A program made the translations under genes and the position numbers. DNA of 64,000 nt from IMG/VR virus record IMGVR_UViG_3300011008_002712; one strand, given 5' to 3'. Origin of the DNA: a virus (taxonomy: Duplodnaviria > Caudoviricetes). Under the pieces are notes generated by a model, which worked only from the letters and a program-made list of their open reading frames with translations, searched no databases and was not told the DNA's origin. Shown piece after piece: positions 38,310-48,879 of the stretch. Numbering within the stretch: the stretch's first letter is position 1; each line of letters starts with the position of its first letter.

Positions 38310-39053
38310 TTATAACAATTTATTTTCTACTAATACTTGTTTAAATGTTTTATAATTTATTCCTTTTGGAATAGCAAACACTATTTTTTTTATCGTTGTT
38401 TTTTCAAAGTTTTTAATGAAATTAAGGCACACAATGTTCGGTTTTTGTTTAAATACGCCGCATCCAAATGCGCCAAGAATTAAAGTATCAACATTGTTAT
38501 CTTCTGCAGCATATTTAATCAATTTTATTCTTTCATTTAATGCAAAATTATTTTGTGCTTCATTAAATGAATGATATTTCAACAAATTTAATCTATTAGG
38601 TGCTGCGCAAGTTATTACATCACAATATTTTTGTTTATTTCTTAATGTAAATAAAATGTTTTTGCAATACAAAAGTCTATTTTCATACATTCCTTTGTTT
38701 TTATGTTCATTATTATATCTGTAATATGTTTTTTGTTTTTTTAAAACATTGTACAAATAAGAAGCATGACACAGGCTTTCTTCTTGAGCAAATGCTCCTT
38801 CTAAAAATTTTCCGCCTGGTTCTTTATATGAAGCAAAATTCAAAACAGCACAATTGTCATAATAAAAAATAGCATCTACGCTATTCAAATCAATCAGTGT
38901 AAATTTTGGGTGTTCACCGTCTAGATTTTCTTTATATGTTGAATAAAATTTAATATTACAATCATCAATTTCGTCTTTATAACGAATTGACATTAATTCC
39001 GTATGTTCTTTTGCTTTTTGTTGAAATTCAATTTTATTTTCCCAATAATTCAT
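38310..39053 (-). CDS. TIGR02452/DUF2263 bacterial-type PARG macrodomain
   Basis: VLNFASYKEPGG..GAFAQEESLC, ITCAAPN, LILGAFGCGVF. Confidence 0.9.
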   Translation of the reverse strand: MNYWENKIEFQQKAKEHTELMSIRYKDEIDDCNIKFYSTYKENLDGEHPKFTLIDLNSVDAIFYYDNCAVLNFASYKEPGGKFLEGAFAQEESLCHASYLYNVLKKQKTYYRYNNEHKNKGMYENRLLYCKNILFTLRNKQKYCDVITCAAPNRLNLLKYHSFNEAQNNFALNERIKLIKYAAEDNNVDTLILGAFGCGVFKQKPNIVCLNFIKNFEKTTIKKIVFAIPKGINYKTFKQVLVENKLL

Positions 39054-39059
39054 ATCATT

Positions 39060-39461
39060 TTACCCAACATTATTTATCTCATAATTATGAATCATATGAT
39101 ACCCTGTTAGATTAAAAAATCCAAGAGCATATATTTTTTTTGTAATTTCTTGTTGTGTATCTTTATCTAGTTGTATATTTATTGGAATTCCATTATTATG
39201 TAATAATTCTAATTGATTGTTTTCATCAAAATTTAATTTCATACTAGTAAAAGCATATTGATTATAAATTTCTTTTCCTATTATAAATTTTGATGATTTT
39301 TTTGAATTTCCTATTCTTTGAAATTGCAACCCATTTCCAAAAATAAATGCATAGACATCGTCGTTTTTATGCATTCTTTTCATAGCTGTTTTTAATTCAC
39401 CTTCAGAAACTATAACACCAAAATATATAAAACAATTGCATTGTATGGGTTTACGAAACAT
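39060..39461 (-). CDS. Hypothetical protein
   Basis: ORF overlapping the sbcD stop. Confidence 0.65.
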   Translation of the reverse strand: MFRKPIQCNCFIYFGVIVSEGELKTAMKRMHKNDDVYAFIFGNGLQFQRIGNSKKSSKFIIGKEIYNQYAFTSMKLNFDENNQLELLHNNGIPINIQLDKDTQQEITKKIYALGFFNLTGYHMIHNYEINNVG

Positions 39462-40587
39462 TATTCTCAACTCTTTCTACAACATCTTTACATAATTTAA
39501 TTCTTTCATCTGCTCTATTTTGACCATCATAATACATTTCTATAGCATCAAACGTTGGCAGCGAATTGCTAATTTCAATCTTATTATCTTCAATATTTTC
39601 AATTTCATATTGAATTTTTAATAAAAACTGAACATGTTTTTCTTTATATGCATATTCTATAATTCGTTTTTCGTTTATTTTAATTCCATCATTCAATTTT
39701 AATTTGATTCTCAATATTACATCTTTTAGGTTTTGTTTAGACAATTTTTTGATGATAGAATTTTCTATCGTTTCTGCATCCGATTCTTTTTTATAATCAA
39801 ATTCTAATGTTAAAAATTTTTGAGAAATATCAATTGGAATAAAATCTATATCGCATGAATCATTATCAAAATTTAAACACACATAGCCTTTATCTTGTTT
39901 TTCTTCTGAAAAATCAATTCTATCAGCGCTTCCACAATAAAATATTAACGGCTCTCGTTCTAAAATTTGGTGTTTATGAAGATGCCCGAGTATTACAGAA
40001 ATAATATTTTTTTTCTTAAAAATATTTTTGTCTATGCACTCATCGTTGTCAATAACATTCCAGTCATTTAGATTTGCATTTTTCATAGTCAAATGACCGA
40101 TGATAATTGTTTTATATTTATCATCCAAATTAGAAACTAACTCTTCAATTTCTTCCTTTGTATGATGCGTTGGAAGAAAAACGAACCTATATATATTATC
40201 ATTTATTGTTATTAATTTTTCTTCGTAAAACCTTGTCTGTGAAATAAATGGTATATTTAATGATACAAATTGATGAAGACCAGACGAAAAAGAATTAAGC
40301 TTAGATACATCATGATTGCCATCTAAAATTAATGTATGTATTTTATTCAATGATAATTTCAAAAACGCTTCACTAACCTTATTAATTAAAGTTGGGTTTG
40401 GCAAGTTGTTTTTGAACATATCACCAGCGAATACAACAACATCCACATTATTAGATATGGCATCGTCTATAATTTTATTCAATATCTTTATTGCATTTAT
40501 TTCTCTTAGATGAAGACCAGATTCAGGATCAATCTTACAATATGCTTTTTGTCCAACATGCAAATCAGCAAAACATAAAATTTTCAT
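39451..40587 (-). CDS. sbcD: SbcD/Mre11 nuclease (gp47-like)
   Basis: ADLH, AGD, GNHD, GH, GHLH, GS..RIDFSE. Confidence 0.93.
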   Translation of the reverse strand: MKILCFADLHVGQKAYCKIDPESGLHLREINAIKILNKIIDDAISNNVDVVVFAGDMFKNNLPNPTLINKVSEAFLKLSLNKIHTLILDGNHDVSKLNSFSSGLHQFVSLNIPFISQTRFYEEKLITINDNIYRFVFLPTHHTKEEIEELVSNLDDKYKTIIIGHLTMKNANLNDWNVIDNDECIDKNIFKKKNIISVILGHLHKHQILEREPLIFYCGSADRIDFSEEKQDKGYVCLNFDNDSCDIDFIPIDISQKFLTLEFDYKKESDAETIENSIIKKLSKQNLKDVILRIKLKLNDGIKINEKRIIEYAYKEKHVQFLLKIQYEIENIEDNKIEISNSLPTFDAIEMYYDGQNRADERIKLCKDVVERVENNVS

Positions 40588-40613
40588 TTAGAAGCTCCTT
40601 TCTTTTATTTATT

Positions 40614-41183
40614 TTACTTATTTTTGTTTTTCTTTTTTATTTTTTTGCTGACACATTCACCTTTCATAAGACAATATGTAATTGCTGCTGATATTGAATC
40701 TGTAACATCGTCTGAGAATTCTTTGACAAAATTTTCTTTTCCAAGCAATTCAAATATTTTATTTGCAACTTCTTGTTTCATTTGCGTTCCAGATTTTTTT
40801 GTTCCATCGCTATTTTTTATTTTTATTCCGCCCAAAACCTTTGATTTTAATGTCATAACAGCGTAATATACAACTGGTAGTTTTTCTTTTTTTGCTATTA
40901 ATTGCATAATACCATGAAACATACTTAGTTTTTGAATAACTTGTTTATTGCTTCCAACGAATGGTGCTTCTGCAGAAATCCCATGAGGTTTAAATTGTTG
41001 TATTATTTTTTGAAGTTGTTGTTCAAAATATAACAGCATTTCACCGATATCCATGCCATGTCTTTCAATCGTTCCATAATCTATGATTTTATATTTATTC
41101 TCTTCAATATATTCTATAACGCTCCATCCAGTTGATCTTGTTGAGATGTCTAGACCCAAAACGACAAAATTTTTAAATAACAA
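40614..41183 (-). CDS. ruvC: RuvC-family Holliday junction resolvase
   Basis: VLGLDISTRSTGW, SAE, K, DDVTDSISAA. Confidence 0.85.
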   Translation of the reverse strand: MLFKNFVVLGLDISTRSTGWSVIEYIEENKYKIIDYGTIERHGMDIGEMLLYFEQQLQKIIQQFKPHGISAEAPFVGSNKQVIQKLSMFHGIMQLIAKKEKLPVVYYAVMTLKSKVLGGIKIKNSDGTKKSGTQMKQEVANKIFELLGKENFVKEFSDDVTDSISAAITYCLMKGECVSKKIKKKNKNK

Positions 41184-41236
41184 ATAAATCACACCCTTCA
41201 AAAATAAAAGTAGCGTGCAAAGATGCACGCTACTAA

Positions 41237-42070
41237 TTAAAACGTTAATTTAACAATCAATGTATTTGCATCAGTTTTTACTGTAGAAATAAATTTGAAT
41301 TGCAAAGTATGATAATTAATTAAAGCAGGATATACAATATCACATGTTTTAAATGTATTATCTTCTATGCTCATTAGACTAACTTCTGGCATTATTCCAA
41401 GAATATCTAATTTATTATTTTCAAATTTGAATTCTTTATTAGGCGTAAATACTTGATTAACATCGAAATCTATTGTTATTGAATAAGCTTGTGTATTCTC
41501 ATCTATGTTTTCAAGTTCACCCAAATCACTCAATTCAAAACTGATTGTTTTCAAAATCCCATTTTCTGGAACTGATATGCTATACACATTATTTTCATTT
41601 GATAATAATACATCAACATTTGACAAATAATTCATATTTGAACCATAATGCCAAGATGTTTCATTGCTTTTTGCATTAATCTTTTCTATAATTGACTTTG
41701 CAAACAAATTTAAATCTATATTTCTTGCATAATCTATTAGCTGCTGAGGCAAGCCGTCTAAAGACGTTGGAATGAACGAAACATTTTCATTTCGACAAAT
41801 GATTCCTTCTCCTAAACTTGGAGTCAATCCACTATTAGATTCTACAATTATTGAATCGTTTGTTAAATCATCAATATTAGATACAACAAAGAATCCAATT
41901 TCTTCATTATCATAATTATCTATGCTATTAGTAAAAACATAATCTCCGATCTGAATATCATTCATAGTATAATGCATATATCCATCAAAAAATGTAATAT
42001 GCAATTTCCATGAATTAGATGAGATTTGTTCAACATTTAATATGTTTATTTTTCCATTAAATAGCTTCAC
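41237..42070 (-). CDS. Hypothetical protein, probably virion/tail-associated
   Basis: Beta-rich ORF downstream of the fibre gene; GAGGT RBS. Confidence 0.6.
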   Translation of the reverse strand: MKLFNGKINILNVEQISSNSWKLHITFFDGYMHYTMNDIQIGDYVFTNSIDNYDNEEIGFFVVSNIDDLTNDSIIVESNSGLTPSLGEGIICRNENVSFIPTSLDGLPQQLIDYARNIDLNLFAKSIIEKINAKSNETSWHYGSNMNYLSNVDVLLSNENNVYSISVPENGILKTISFELSDLGELENIDENTQAYSITIDFDVNQVFTPNKEFKFENNKLDILGIMPEVSLMSIEDNTFKTCDIVYPALINYHTLQFKFISTVKTDANTLIVKLTF

Positions 42071-42080
42071 TTATCTCACC

Positions 42081-44675
42081 TCAATATGTAATTTTTACAA
42101 CTACTGGACCTTGATTATCGAACGGCAAAGCACATTCGCAATAATGAGGATTATTTTCATTTGTGTAGTATATGTTTGTTCCAATCTTTGTTGCTGCTTT
42201 TGTCCCCATCAATTGCATATATTGAATATTAGCATAATCATACGTTAACATGTTATTGTTTGTTGAATTTGCATCGTAATCAATTAAGATTCTATTGTTT
42301 GATCCAATTTCATCTGTTGATACACTGAATCTCACAGATTTTACTTCTTTGTTTTTGACAATAGAAATGGAATTATTAGTTTTTGTAAATGTAATTGCAT
42401 CATTTTCATATGCAACAAAAATACAATCTCCAGAAGTAAATTCTTGTAATTCTTTTGTTCTAGAAGATACCAAAGAATCAATTTCAGATTTAGAATAAAC
42501 ATCATTTAAATTAGCTTTGCTGTTTAGTAATGTATCAGCTTCTGACTTTGTATATGCGTCAATTGAAACATTATTAACTAAACCATCAACTTCATCTTTA
42601 GAATATACACTACCAACTGACACTTTGTCGTTAAGTAGTGAATCAACCTCTGTTTTTGTGTATGCGTCAATTTGAGAAGGAATTAGATTATCTACTTCTT
42701 CTTTTGTATATACAGATGAAACATTTGCTTTGCCATCTATATTAGAAACCAAATTGGAAATAGAAGAATCTATTTCATTTTTTGTGTAATAATTACTAAG
42801 ATCTACTTCTGTTCCAAGATTTTCTGGTTTATTAGTAATATTATTCCAATCAACAGATTGAAGTTGATTATGACTAGTGCAAACAAACTCATTGTTATGA
42901 TATACATATTCTGCTCTTCCTGTGATTCCACTAGGATCTCCAGTTGCATCTAATACAACATAATGGTTTCCATCTTTTAATTTCATATCTGGAATAACAA
43001 GAAGATCGTCATATGTATCAATTACTTCAATAGATGTTTCATTTTTTGCTTCATCTGGAATATATTCAATGGGAATTTGTCCATTATTATCTAATGGAGC
43101 ATAACCATTTGCTAGTCCCTTCTTAGAAGAATCTTCAGGAACAAATCCTAATGCATCTTGTTTTGAATTCCAAGAGTTGATTTGATTTTTGCTAACAAAA
43201 TTATGCGCATCATCTTCAATAATATCTCCAGATGAATGATTATGATTAGATAAAGCTCGTTCATTTAATAATACATCAACTGCTGATTTTTCATAAAACA
43301 GATTTTTATGATTATTATCCAATTGAACAAACTGGTTATCAATATAATCTTTTGTATATACATCGCTTACATTTGCTTTATTATCCAATTCAGTATGAAC
43401 ATCTACAGCATTTGCTTTTGTGTCCAGTTTCGCATCTAAGACATTGCGAGTATATGTATTAGTAACAACACTTTGCAGTAAAGAATCCGTTTCGCTTTTA
43501 ACATAATAGTTGTTAATGTTAAAATCTTTCAATGCACTTAAATCTAAGCTGTTGAATAAATCATCAGTTTCTGCCTTAGTATAATAATTTTGCAATGCAT
43601 TGTCTACATCTGCTTTTGTATATACTTGTGCTGCATTTGCTTTTACTTGTAAGAATGAATCAATCTGACCGCGTGTATACGTGTCAAGCATACTATTGCT
43701 AAGAGAACTCTTTGTAACAAATATATTATTAATATCGTCTTTTGAATAAGTTCCCTCTACGTCCATCTTATCTTCTAGTCGATTAAGAACTTCTTCTCGC
43801 GTTATGTATATGTTACGCAGATCATTTTTAGTTACTTTTTCGTCTATAGATAAGTATCTTGGATCGTTAATGCCAACAGCAATTGGTTCATCGCTTGGAT
43901 CTGCGCTTAATTTTACAACGCCGAATTCTGTAGCAGAAGCATTTGGAGTATTAACACCATCATTCCAAGAAAGCCAATTTGTTCCGTCATTGCTATATTG
44001 CCATTCATCTAAATCTTCATTGTATTTAATTCCGACTTTTGGCAAAGCACCGCGATTAACATAAATACCACAATGCTCAACTGGAACACCAGAATCATCT
44101 GCATTCAATGTAAATGAAGATGATACTGTTCCATTATAATCAGCCTTATTACGTATCAAATTTTTAGCATCTTCAGATGTAATTTTTTCATCTAATTCTT
44201 CACGTAATCCAGTAATCGCTTCAATTGAATGAGCATTATCTTTATTACGATTCTGTAAATCGTTATGATGAATTGGATATCCGCCAACAACAAACTCTGG
44301 ACGAGCATCGTATACCATATCATTAGTAATGACAGTCGTAGAAGATTTGACATATACAAATGCTAATGGTAACATATTTTGAGAAAGCGTTGGTGGTTCT
44401 GGATTATTAGCTCTTGGTAATCCATTAACAATAACACATTTTCCAGTCTTATTTAAAGCTACCAAAACCCATTTTGCTCCAGAACTTGGAACTTCAATTT
44501 TGGGTGATACACCGCCTGCATATTCAATAAATTTTTCATTGTTTATCCAAAAAGAACCTTGTTTAATTCTTATTGTCATATCGGGCGTGTCATTCGCAGA
44601 AGGCTGAAACATCATTCCAGCGAAATTTCCACGACGATATTCATCGCCTTTAGGTGGTCTATTCACGTAATTCAC
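42081..44675 (-). CDS. Tail fibre/virion fibre protein with YTKxExDxxL repeats
   Basis: More than 10 Y(T/S)K.E.D..L..KA repeats, NASATEFGVVKLS, GYAPLD..G.IP, WNNITNKP. Confidence 0.8.
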   Translation of the reverse strand: MNYVNRPPKGDEYRRGNFAGMMFQPSANDTPDMTIRIKQGSFWINNEKFIEYAGGVSPKIEVPSSGAKWVLVALNKTGKCVIVNGLPRANNPEPPTLSQNMLPLAFVYVKSSTTVITNDMVYDARPEFVVGGYPIHHNDLQNRNKDNAHSIEAITGLREELDEKITSEDAKNLIRNKADYNGTVSSSFTLNADDSGVPVEHCGIYVNRGALPKVGIKYNEDLDEWQYSNDGTNWLSWNDGVNTPNASATEFGVVKLSADPSDEPIAVGINDPRYLSIDEKVTKNDLRNIYITREEVLNRLEDKMDVEGTYSKDDINNIFVTKSSLSNSMLDTYTRGQIDSFLQVKANAAQVYTKADVDNALQNYYTKAETDDLFNSLDLSALKDFNINNYYVKSETDSLLQSVVTNTYTRNVLDAKLDTKANAVDVHTELDNKANVSDVYTKDYIDNQFVQLDNNHKNLFYEKSAVDVLLNERALSNHNHSSGDIIEDDAHNFVSKNQINSWNSKQDALGFVPEDSSKKGLANGYAPLDNNGQIPIEYIPDEAKNETSIEVIDTYDDLLVIPDMKLKDGNHYVVLDATGDPSGITGRAEYVYHNNEFVCTSHNQLQSVDWNNITNKPENLGTEVDLSNYYTKNEIDSSISNLVSNIDGKANVSSVYTKEEVDNLIPSQIDAYTKTEVDSLLNDKVSVGSVYSKDEVDGLVNNVSIDAYTKSEADTLLNSKANLNDVYSKSEIDSLVSSRTKELQEFTSGDCIFVAYENDAITFTKTNNSISIVKNKEVKSVRFSVSTDEIGSNNRILIDYDANSTNNNMLTYDYANIQYMQLMGTKAATKIGTNIYYTNENNPHYCECALPFDNQGPVVVKITY

Positions 44676-44818
44676 CTACCCTATTTATATTAATTTTTGC
44701 AAAAATTAAATAAATTTCAAAGAAAATATCATTTTCTTCTCATTTAAAAAAATAATATAAATAATTGTGGTGTTTATCCTAAATGAAAGTATAAAGGAAT
44801 AAAAGAAAAATAAAATTG

Positions 44819-44850
44819 CTATGTACATTCAATATTTACTATGTTAAAAT
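44819..44850 (+). promoter_or_regulatory. Conserved phage promoter (variant)
   Basis: CTA-TGTACA-17 nt-TAAAAT with TG extension. Confidence 0.65.
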
Positions 44851-44869
44851 TAAACAGAGGTGAAAGAAC

Positions 44870-45157
44870 ATGCGCCTAAGCGAAATGAATGATGATGAAA
44901 AGAAGAAATTCAAAAAACAATTCGGACTGCCGCAAAACAAAGATATAATTTATTACGACAGCTATAAACCTTATTCAAAGCATATAGTAAGTGATTTAGA
45001 AATTATATATACGTATAAATCTGGTTGTGTTACATTAGACGTTTGGTTAGAAAATGGAGAAAAAACAGAACTTCCTATTCATTCTTCTTATTTAAAAGAA
45101 ATGCAAAACAAAAATTTTCTTAAGCATAGATTAGAAGGGAATGATACAAATGAATGA
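44870..45157 (+). CDS. Hypothetical protein
   Basis: 95-aa ORF with GAGGT RBS; IHSSYLKEMQ. Confidence 0.7.
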   Translation: MRLSEMNDDEKKKFKKQFGLPQNKDIIYYDSYKPYSKHIVSDLEIIYTYKSGCVTLDVWLENGEKTELPIHSSYLKEMQNKNFLKHRLEGNDTNE

Positions 45158-46265
45158 CATTAATTTAAATGACCTAATGAAAGAAGCGGAAGGAGAAGTA
45201 AAACGAGAATTAGAAATTGTTAAACAAACAGTTGAACAACTTTCTCCAGATGAAAGAAAAAAAATAGACAACATAAAAGAAAGCATTAACATACAAGATT
45301 CTTCTTATGTCCTGTCATTCGGTTCTGCTGCACAACAAGATATTGCTGCATTTACTGATGGAATACTTTCATCTGTTCGTTCTAAAGATTCTGGACCGGT
45401 TGGAGAGCTTCTAGGGCAGTTTGTTGCTAAAACAAGAGAATTGAAACCAGAAAGCGAAAGAAGTTTTTTCACAAGAATACCAATTATTAAAAATTTTATC
45501 AATAAGGGACAAAGTTTAATGGATAGATATGATAAGCTATCTACCCAAATTGATATGATACAAGCTGAACTTGAGAAAAATAAAATGGACATGATGAAAG
45601 ACATTATCATGTTTGATGAATTATTCAAACAAAATGTCAATTATTTCAGAAACCTCAATTCGTATATTATTGCTGGCGAAGAAAAAATAAAAGAAATGAA
45701 TGAAACAACGTTGCCAAAACTTCGTCAACAAGCCGCAGAATCAAAAGATCAAATGGCTATTCAAGTTGTGAATGATTTTGAACAAAATTTAGATAGATTT
45801 GAAAAGAAAATTCACGATTTGAAGCTCAGCAAAACAATATCTTTGCAAATGGCTCCACAGATAAGATTAATGTCAAATACAAATAAAACTCTTTGCGAAA
45901 AAATACAGACAATAAGTTTCGCATCTATCCCAATTTGGAAAAATCAGATTGTCATTGCTCTTGGATTAACAAGACAAAAACAAGTATTATCAATGAATCG
46001 CGCAATTAGCGACACAACAAATGAAATGCTAAAAAGAAACGCAGAACTTTTAAAAATGAATTCAATTGAAACAACAAAAGAGTCAAACAGAGGAATTGTT
46101 GACATTGAAACGTTAAAAAAAGCAAACGAAGATATAGTAACAACAATAGAAGAAACAATAAAAATACAACAATCTGCGCGATCAGCAAGGCAGTCTGCTG
46201 AAAAAGAACTACTAGCTATTGAAGAAAGATTAAGAAAAACATTACTAAAAACAGCTTCTCATTAA
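45141..46265 (+). CDS. telA: Toxic anion resistance protein TelA family
   Basis: FGSAAQ, VRSKDSG, YIIAGE, RFEKKIHDL, QMAPQIRL, IPIWKNQ, RGIVDIETL. Confidence 0.92.
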   Translation: MIQMNDINLNDLMKEAEGEVKRELEIVKQTVEQLSPDERKKIDNIKESINIQDSSYVLSFGSAAQQDIAAFTDGILSSVRSKDSGPVGELLGQFVAKTRELKPESERSFFTRIPIIKNFINKGQSLMDRYDKLSTQIDMIQAELEKNKMDMMKDIIMFDELFKQNVNYFRNLNSYIIAGEEKIKEMNETTLPKLRQQAAESKDQMAIQVVNDFEQNLDRFEKKIHDLKLSKTISLQMAPQIRLMSNTNKTLCEKIQTISFASIPIWKNQIVIALGLTRQKQVLSMNRAISDTTNEMLKRNAELLKMNSIETTKESNRGIVDIETLKKANEDIVTTIEETIKIQQSARSARQSAEKELLAIEERLRKTLLKTASH

Positions 46266-46301
46266 AAAAGAGAGAGGATTTTTAAATCCTCTCTTGTTTT
46301 T
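46264..46301. terminator. Bidirectional terminator
   Basis: AGAGAGGATTT/AAATCCTCTCT flanked by A and T tracts, between convergent genes. Confidence 0.8.
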
Positions 46302-48792
46302 ATTCATTTTCTTCTAAGTTATCGCCATTTATCCATTTTTCATTAATTTTTTTCACTTTATCATGGTCTATATATTTTGCACTCAATCCGCCATAGCCTT
46401 TATCTCCAGAAATAACTAACAAATTACCTTTTTTCAAAATATCAGAATTATTTTTGTACATATCATTCCACATTGTAATTCCGACAATTTCTAAAGGTGT
46501 TATTAAAATTATTCTATAATATTCATTGCCCTTTTTCGAACGTTTTTTAACAACTTCTTTTATCAATCCTCCAATTTCAATACTATCTCCATCTTTTATG
46601 TCTTCTAAAGACTTAAGATGCTTTTTGTTTTTAAACGGATGATCAATAAAGCTAATTTCAAATGTATCTAAATCATCAAGATAACATTTAACCTTATTAA
46701 ATTTCGTTCTATATATTTTTGTTTTTGCTTTAACAAATGCATGAACAAATTTATCTTTAACTTCTTCTTTTACTACTTCAAATATACCTTTTGGTTTGCA
46801 TCTTGTTTTTTCTACATCATCAATTATTTTCCCAAATTTTTCAAGAAATGGTTCTGGAACAACAACACAATTGGGATTCTTTTTTTCTTTAATAAGTTCG
46901 TCTTCCCCAAATGCATTTAAATATTTTCCAGCAACAGTTGTCAAATCAACTAAATAATTTGGTATACTAGTTTTTGAATTTGTCTCTTGATAACTTTCAA
47001 ACCATTTCCTTTGCTGTGCTCTATTCATATAAAGCAAACAACAATCATCTTTTTCTTCTACTTTTATAAATTCTTTGCATTTATCATCTACAATATCTTT
47101 TGGAACTTGCAATGGCAAGCTTTCAAATGCCCCTATTTGAATACATACATCAACATTTCGTTTATTGTGTCCTTGGCTTCCAGTTTTTTCAAAAAATTCT
47201 TGTATCGTTGAAAATGGTTGCGCATTCATAATGTCTGCTGCGCCAGCTGCGCCCAATCCTTTTATGCAATTCAATCCCATTCTAATAGAATTATTATCGA
47301 TATTTTCTATTTTTGCTTCAAACTTACTTGCAGAAATATCCGGCGGCCTAACATCAATATTAAATGCTCTTGCTTCTTGCATGCAATTATTAAAATGTTC
47401 CAACTTCTCATTATTAAATAACACAGTAAAAAACACTAATGGATAATTTGCTTTTACCCATGCACACCAATATGCGATGTACGAATAACATACTGAGTGC
47501 GATTTGTTAAATAAATAAGCACTATTATCAATGATAGCTTGCGCTATTGTTTTACATGCTTTTTCTGGTATTCCACGTGATAATCCAGTCGGTATAACTT
47601 CTTTATTAAATTTTTCTACCCATGGTATGTTCTTCTTTTTATCAGGTTTTTCAAGTGCTCTTCTATATATATCAGCTTCACCAAAGTCAATTCCTAATAA
47701 TTCAGCAATAAGTCCCATCACTTGTTCTTGATACACTATACCACCCATCGTGGGCTCCAATATTTTATCAAATGCTGGCCAAATTTTCTTTAGTTTACTT
47801 GGATCTTTTTTTGCTGCGCAATATTCATCTAACCCAGAAGTACCAGGTCGTATAAAAGCATTTACAGCCGATAATTCTTCCATCGTACGCGGCTTTATTT
47901 TTTTTATTACAGGAACAGCTGCCGCACCATCCATTTGAAACACACCACGAAGATATTTTGCGTCACATATTAAGTCCCAAGCTTTATCGTTATCTAACGG
48001 TATAGACATCTGTTTTAAATCTTTATGATAATATTTATTGATTAAATTTAACTCATCGCAAATAATATCCATTGTGCGTAATCTAAGTATATCGTATTTC
48101 ATGCCACCAATTTGCTCTATCTCATCTTTACAATACATGCTTCTATACCATGTATTATGTGATGAAGTTTCTACAGCCGGTGCAACTGGAGTCAAATCAG
48201 TTATTTCCATATTAGATGGAGTTATTACAATTCCTGCTGGATGTTGAGATACAGATTTCGGAAGATTCATAAATGTTTTCAAATAATCTCTTAGATGATA
48301 ATTTTCATATTTATCTAAGAATTCATTCACTTCTTTAACATCTTTTATATCATCAAATGTTTTTGCATCTTTGTCAATTTTTTTAGCTGCGAAATCAACT
48401 TCTGCAAGTGGAATTTCAAAAACTCTCGCAATATCTCTCAAAGCAGCTTTTGGTTTCATATATTGAAAAGTAGCTATATTACAACAATGATTTTTACCAA
48501 ATGTTTGATTCAAAAAATCATATATTTCATCACTTCTAAGATAGGAAGTATCTCCGTCAATATCTGGTACATGACCGACTCTACGGGGATTCAAAAATCG
48601 TTCAAAAAATAAATCATACTCAAGAGGATCTACTTGAGTAATATCTAGTGCATAATTTAAAAGTGATCCAGCACCAGAATTATGCACTATTAAACCGTCA
48701 ATATTATATGAATGTACATCTTTTACTTCTAAGTCGTAAACTTTCCCTTTGTATTGAAAAGTTTTTTTAGAAGTAAGTCTTTTATATTTCAT
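46300..48792 (-). CDS. dnaE: DNA polymerase III alpha, C-terminal half, fused to the C-terminal split-intein fragment (IntC)
   Basis: After HN|S: SGAGSLLNYALDITQVDP, FERFLNP, PDIDGD, HPAG, KYDIL, GVFQ, RPG, YQEQ, FNKSHS, HhH and OB fold. Confidence 0.95.
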   Translation of the reverse strand: MKYKRLTSKKTFQYKGKVYDLEVKDVHSYNIDGLIVHNSGAGSLLNYALDITQVDPLEYDLFFERFLNPRRVGHVPDIDGDTSYLRSDEIYDFLNQTFGKNHCCNIATFQYMKPKAALRDIARVFEIPLAEVDFAAKKIDKDAKTFDDIKDVKEVNEFLDKYENYHLRDYLKTFMNLPKSVSQHPAGIVITPSNMEITDLTPVAPAVETSSHNTWYRSMYCKDEIEQIGGMKYDILRLRTMDIICDELNLINKYYHKDLKQMSIPLDNDKAWDLICDAKYLRGVFQMDGAAAVPVIKKIKPRTMEELSAVNAFIRPGTSGLDEYCAAKKDPSKLKKIWPAFDKILEPTMGGIVYQEQVMGLIAELLGIDFGEADIYRRALEKPDKKKNIPWVEKFNKEVIPTGLSRGIPEKACKTIAQAIIDNSAYLFNKSHSVCYSYIAYWCAWVKANYPLVFFTVLFNNEKLEHFNNCMQEARAFNIDVRPPDISASKFEAKIENIDNNSIRMGLNCIKGLGAAGAADIMNAQPFSTIQEFFEKTGSQGHNKRNVDVCIQIGAFESLPLQVPKDIVDDKCKEFIKVEEKDDCCLLYMNRAQQRKWFESYQETNSKTSIPNYLVDLTTVAGKYLNAFGEDELIKEKKNPNCVVVPEPFLEKFGKIIDDVEKTRCKPKGIFEVVKEEVKDKFVHAFVKAKTKIYRTKFNKVKCYLDDLDTFEISFIDHPFKNKKHLKSLEDIKDGDSIEIGGLIKEVVKKRSKKGNEYYRIILITPLEIVGITMWNDMYKNNSDILKKGNLLVISGDKGYGGLSAKYIDHDKVKKINEKWINGDNLEENE
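48679..48792 (-). mobile_element. Split intein C-fragment (IntC, 38 aa)
   Basis: MKYKRLTSKKTFQYKGKVYDLEVKDVHSYNIDGLIVHN|S: block F (VYDLEV..H.Y), block G (HN), +1 Ser. Confidence 0.93.
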
Positions 48793-48879
48793 CCATATCA
48801 TCCTTTCTTCTATTTATTTTATAAAAATTATTTTCTTTTTATAAAGAAACATCTATCAATTTCTTGAAAATTTATTTTT

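Noticed and set aside
42450-43810. Tail-fibre repeats as DGR target or nucleotide tandem repeat
   Set aside because: The repeats are degenerate protein-level YTKxEVD units. No TR/VR pair with adenine-specific differences and no RT were seen.
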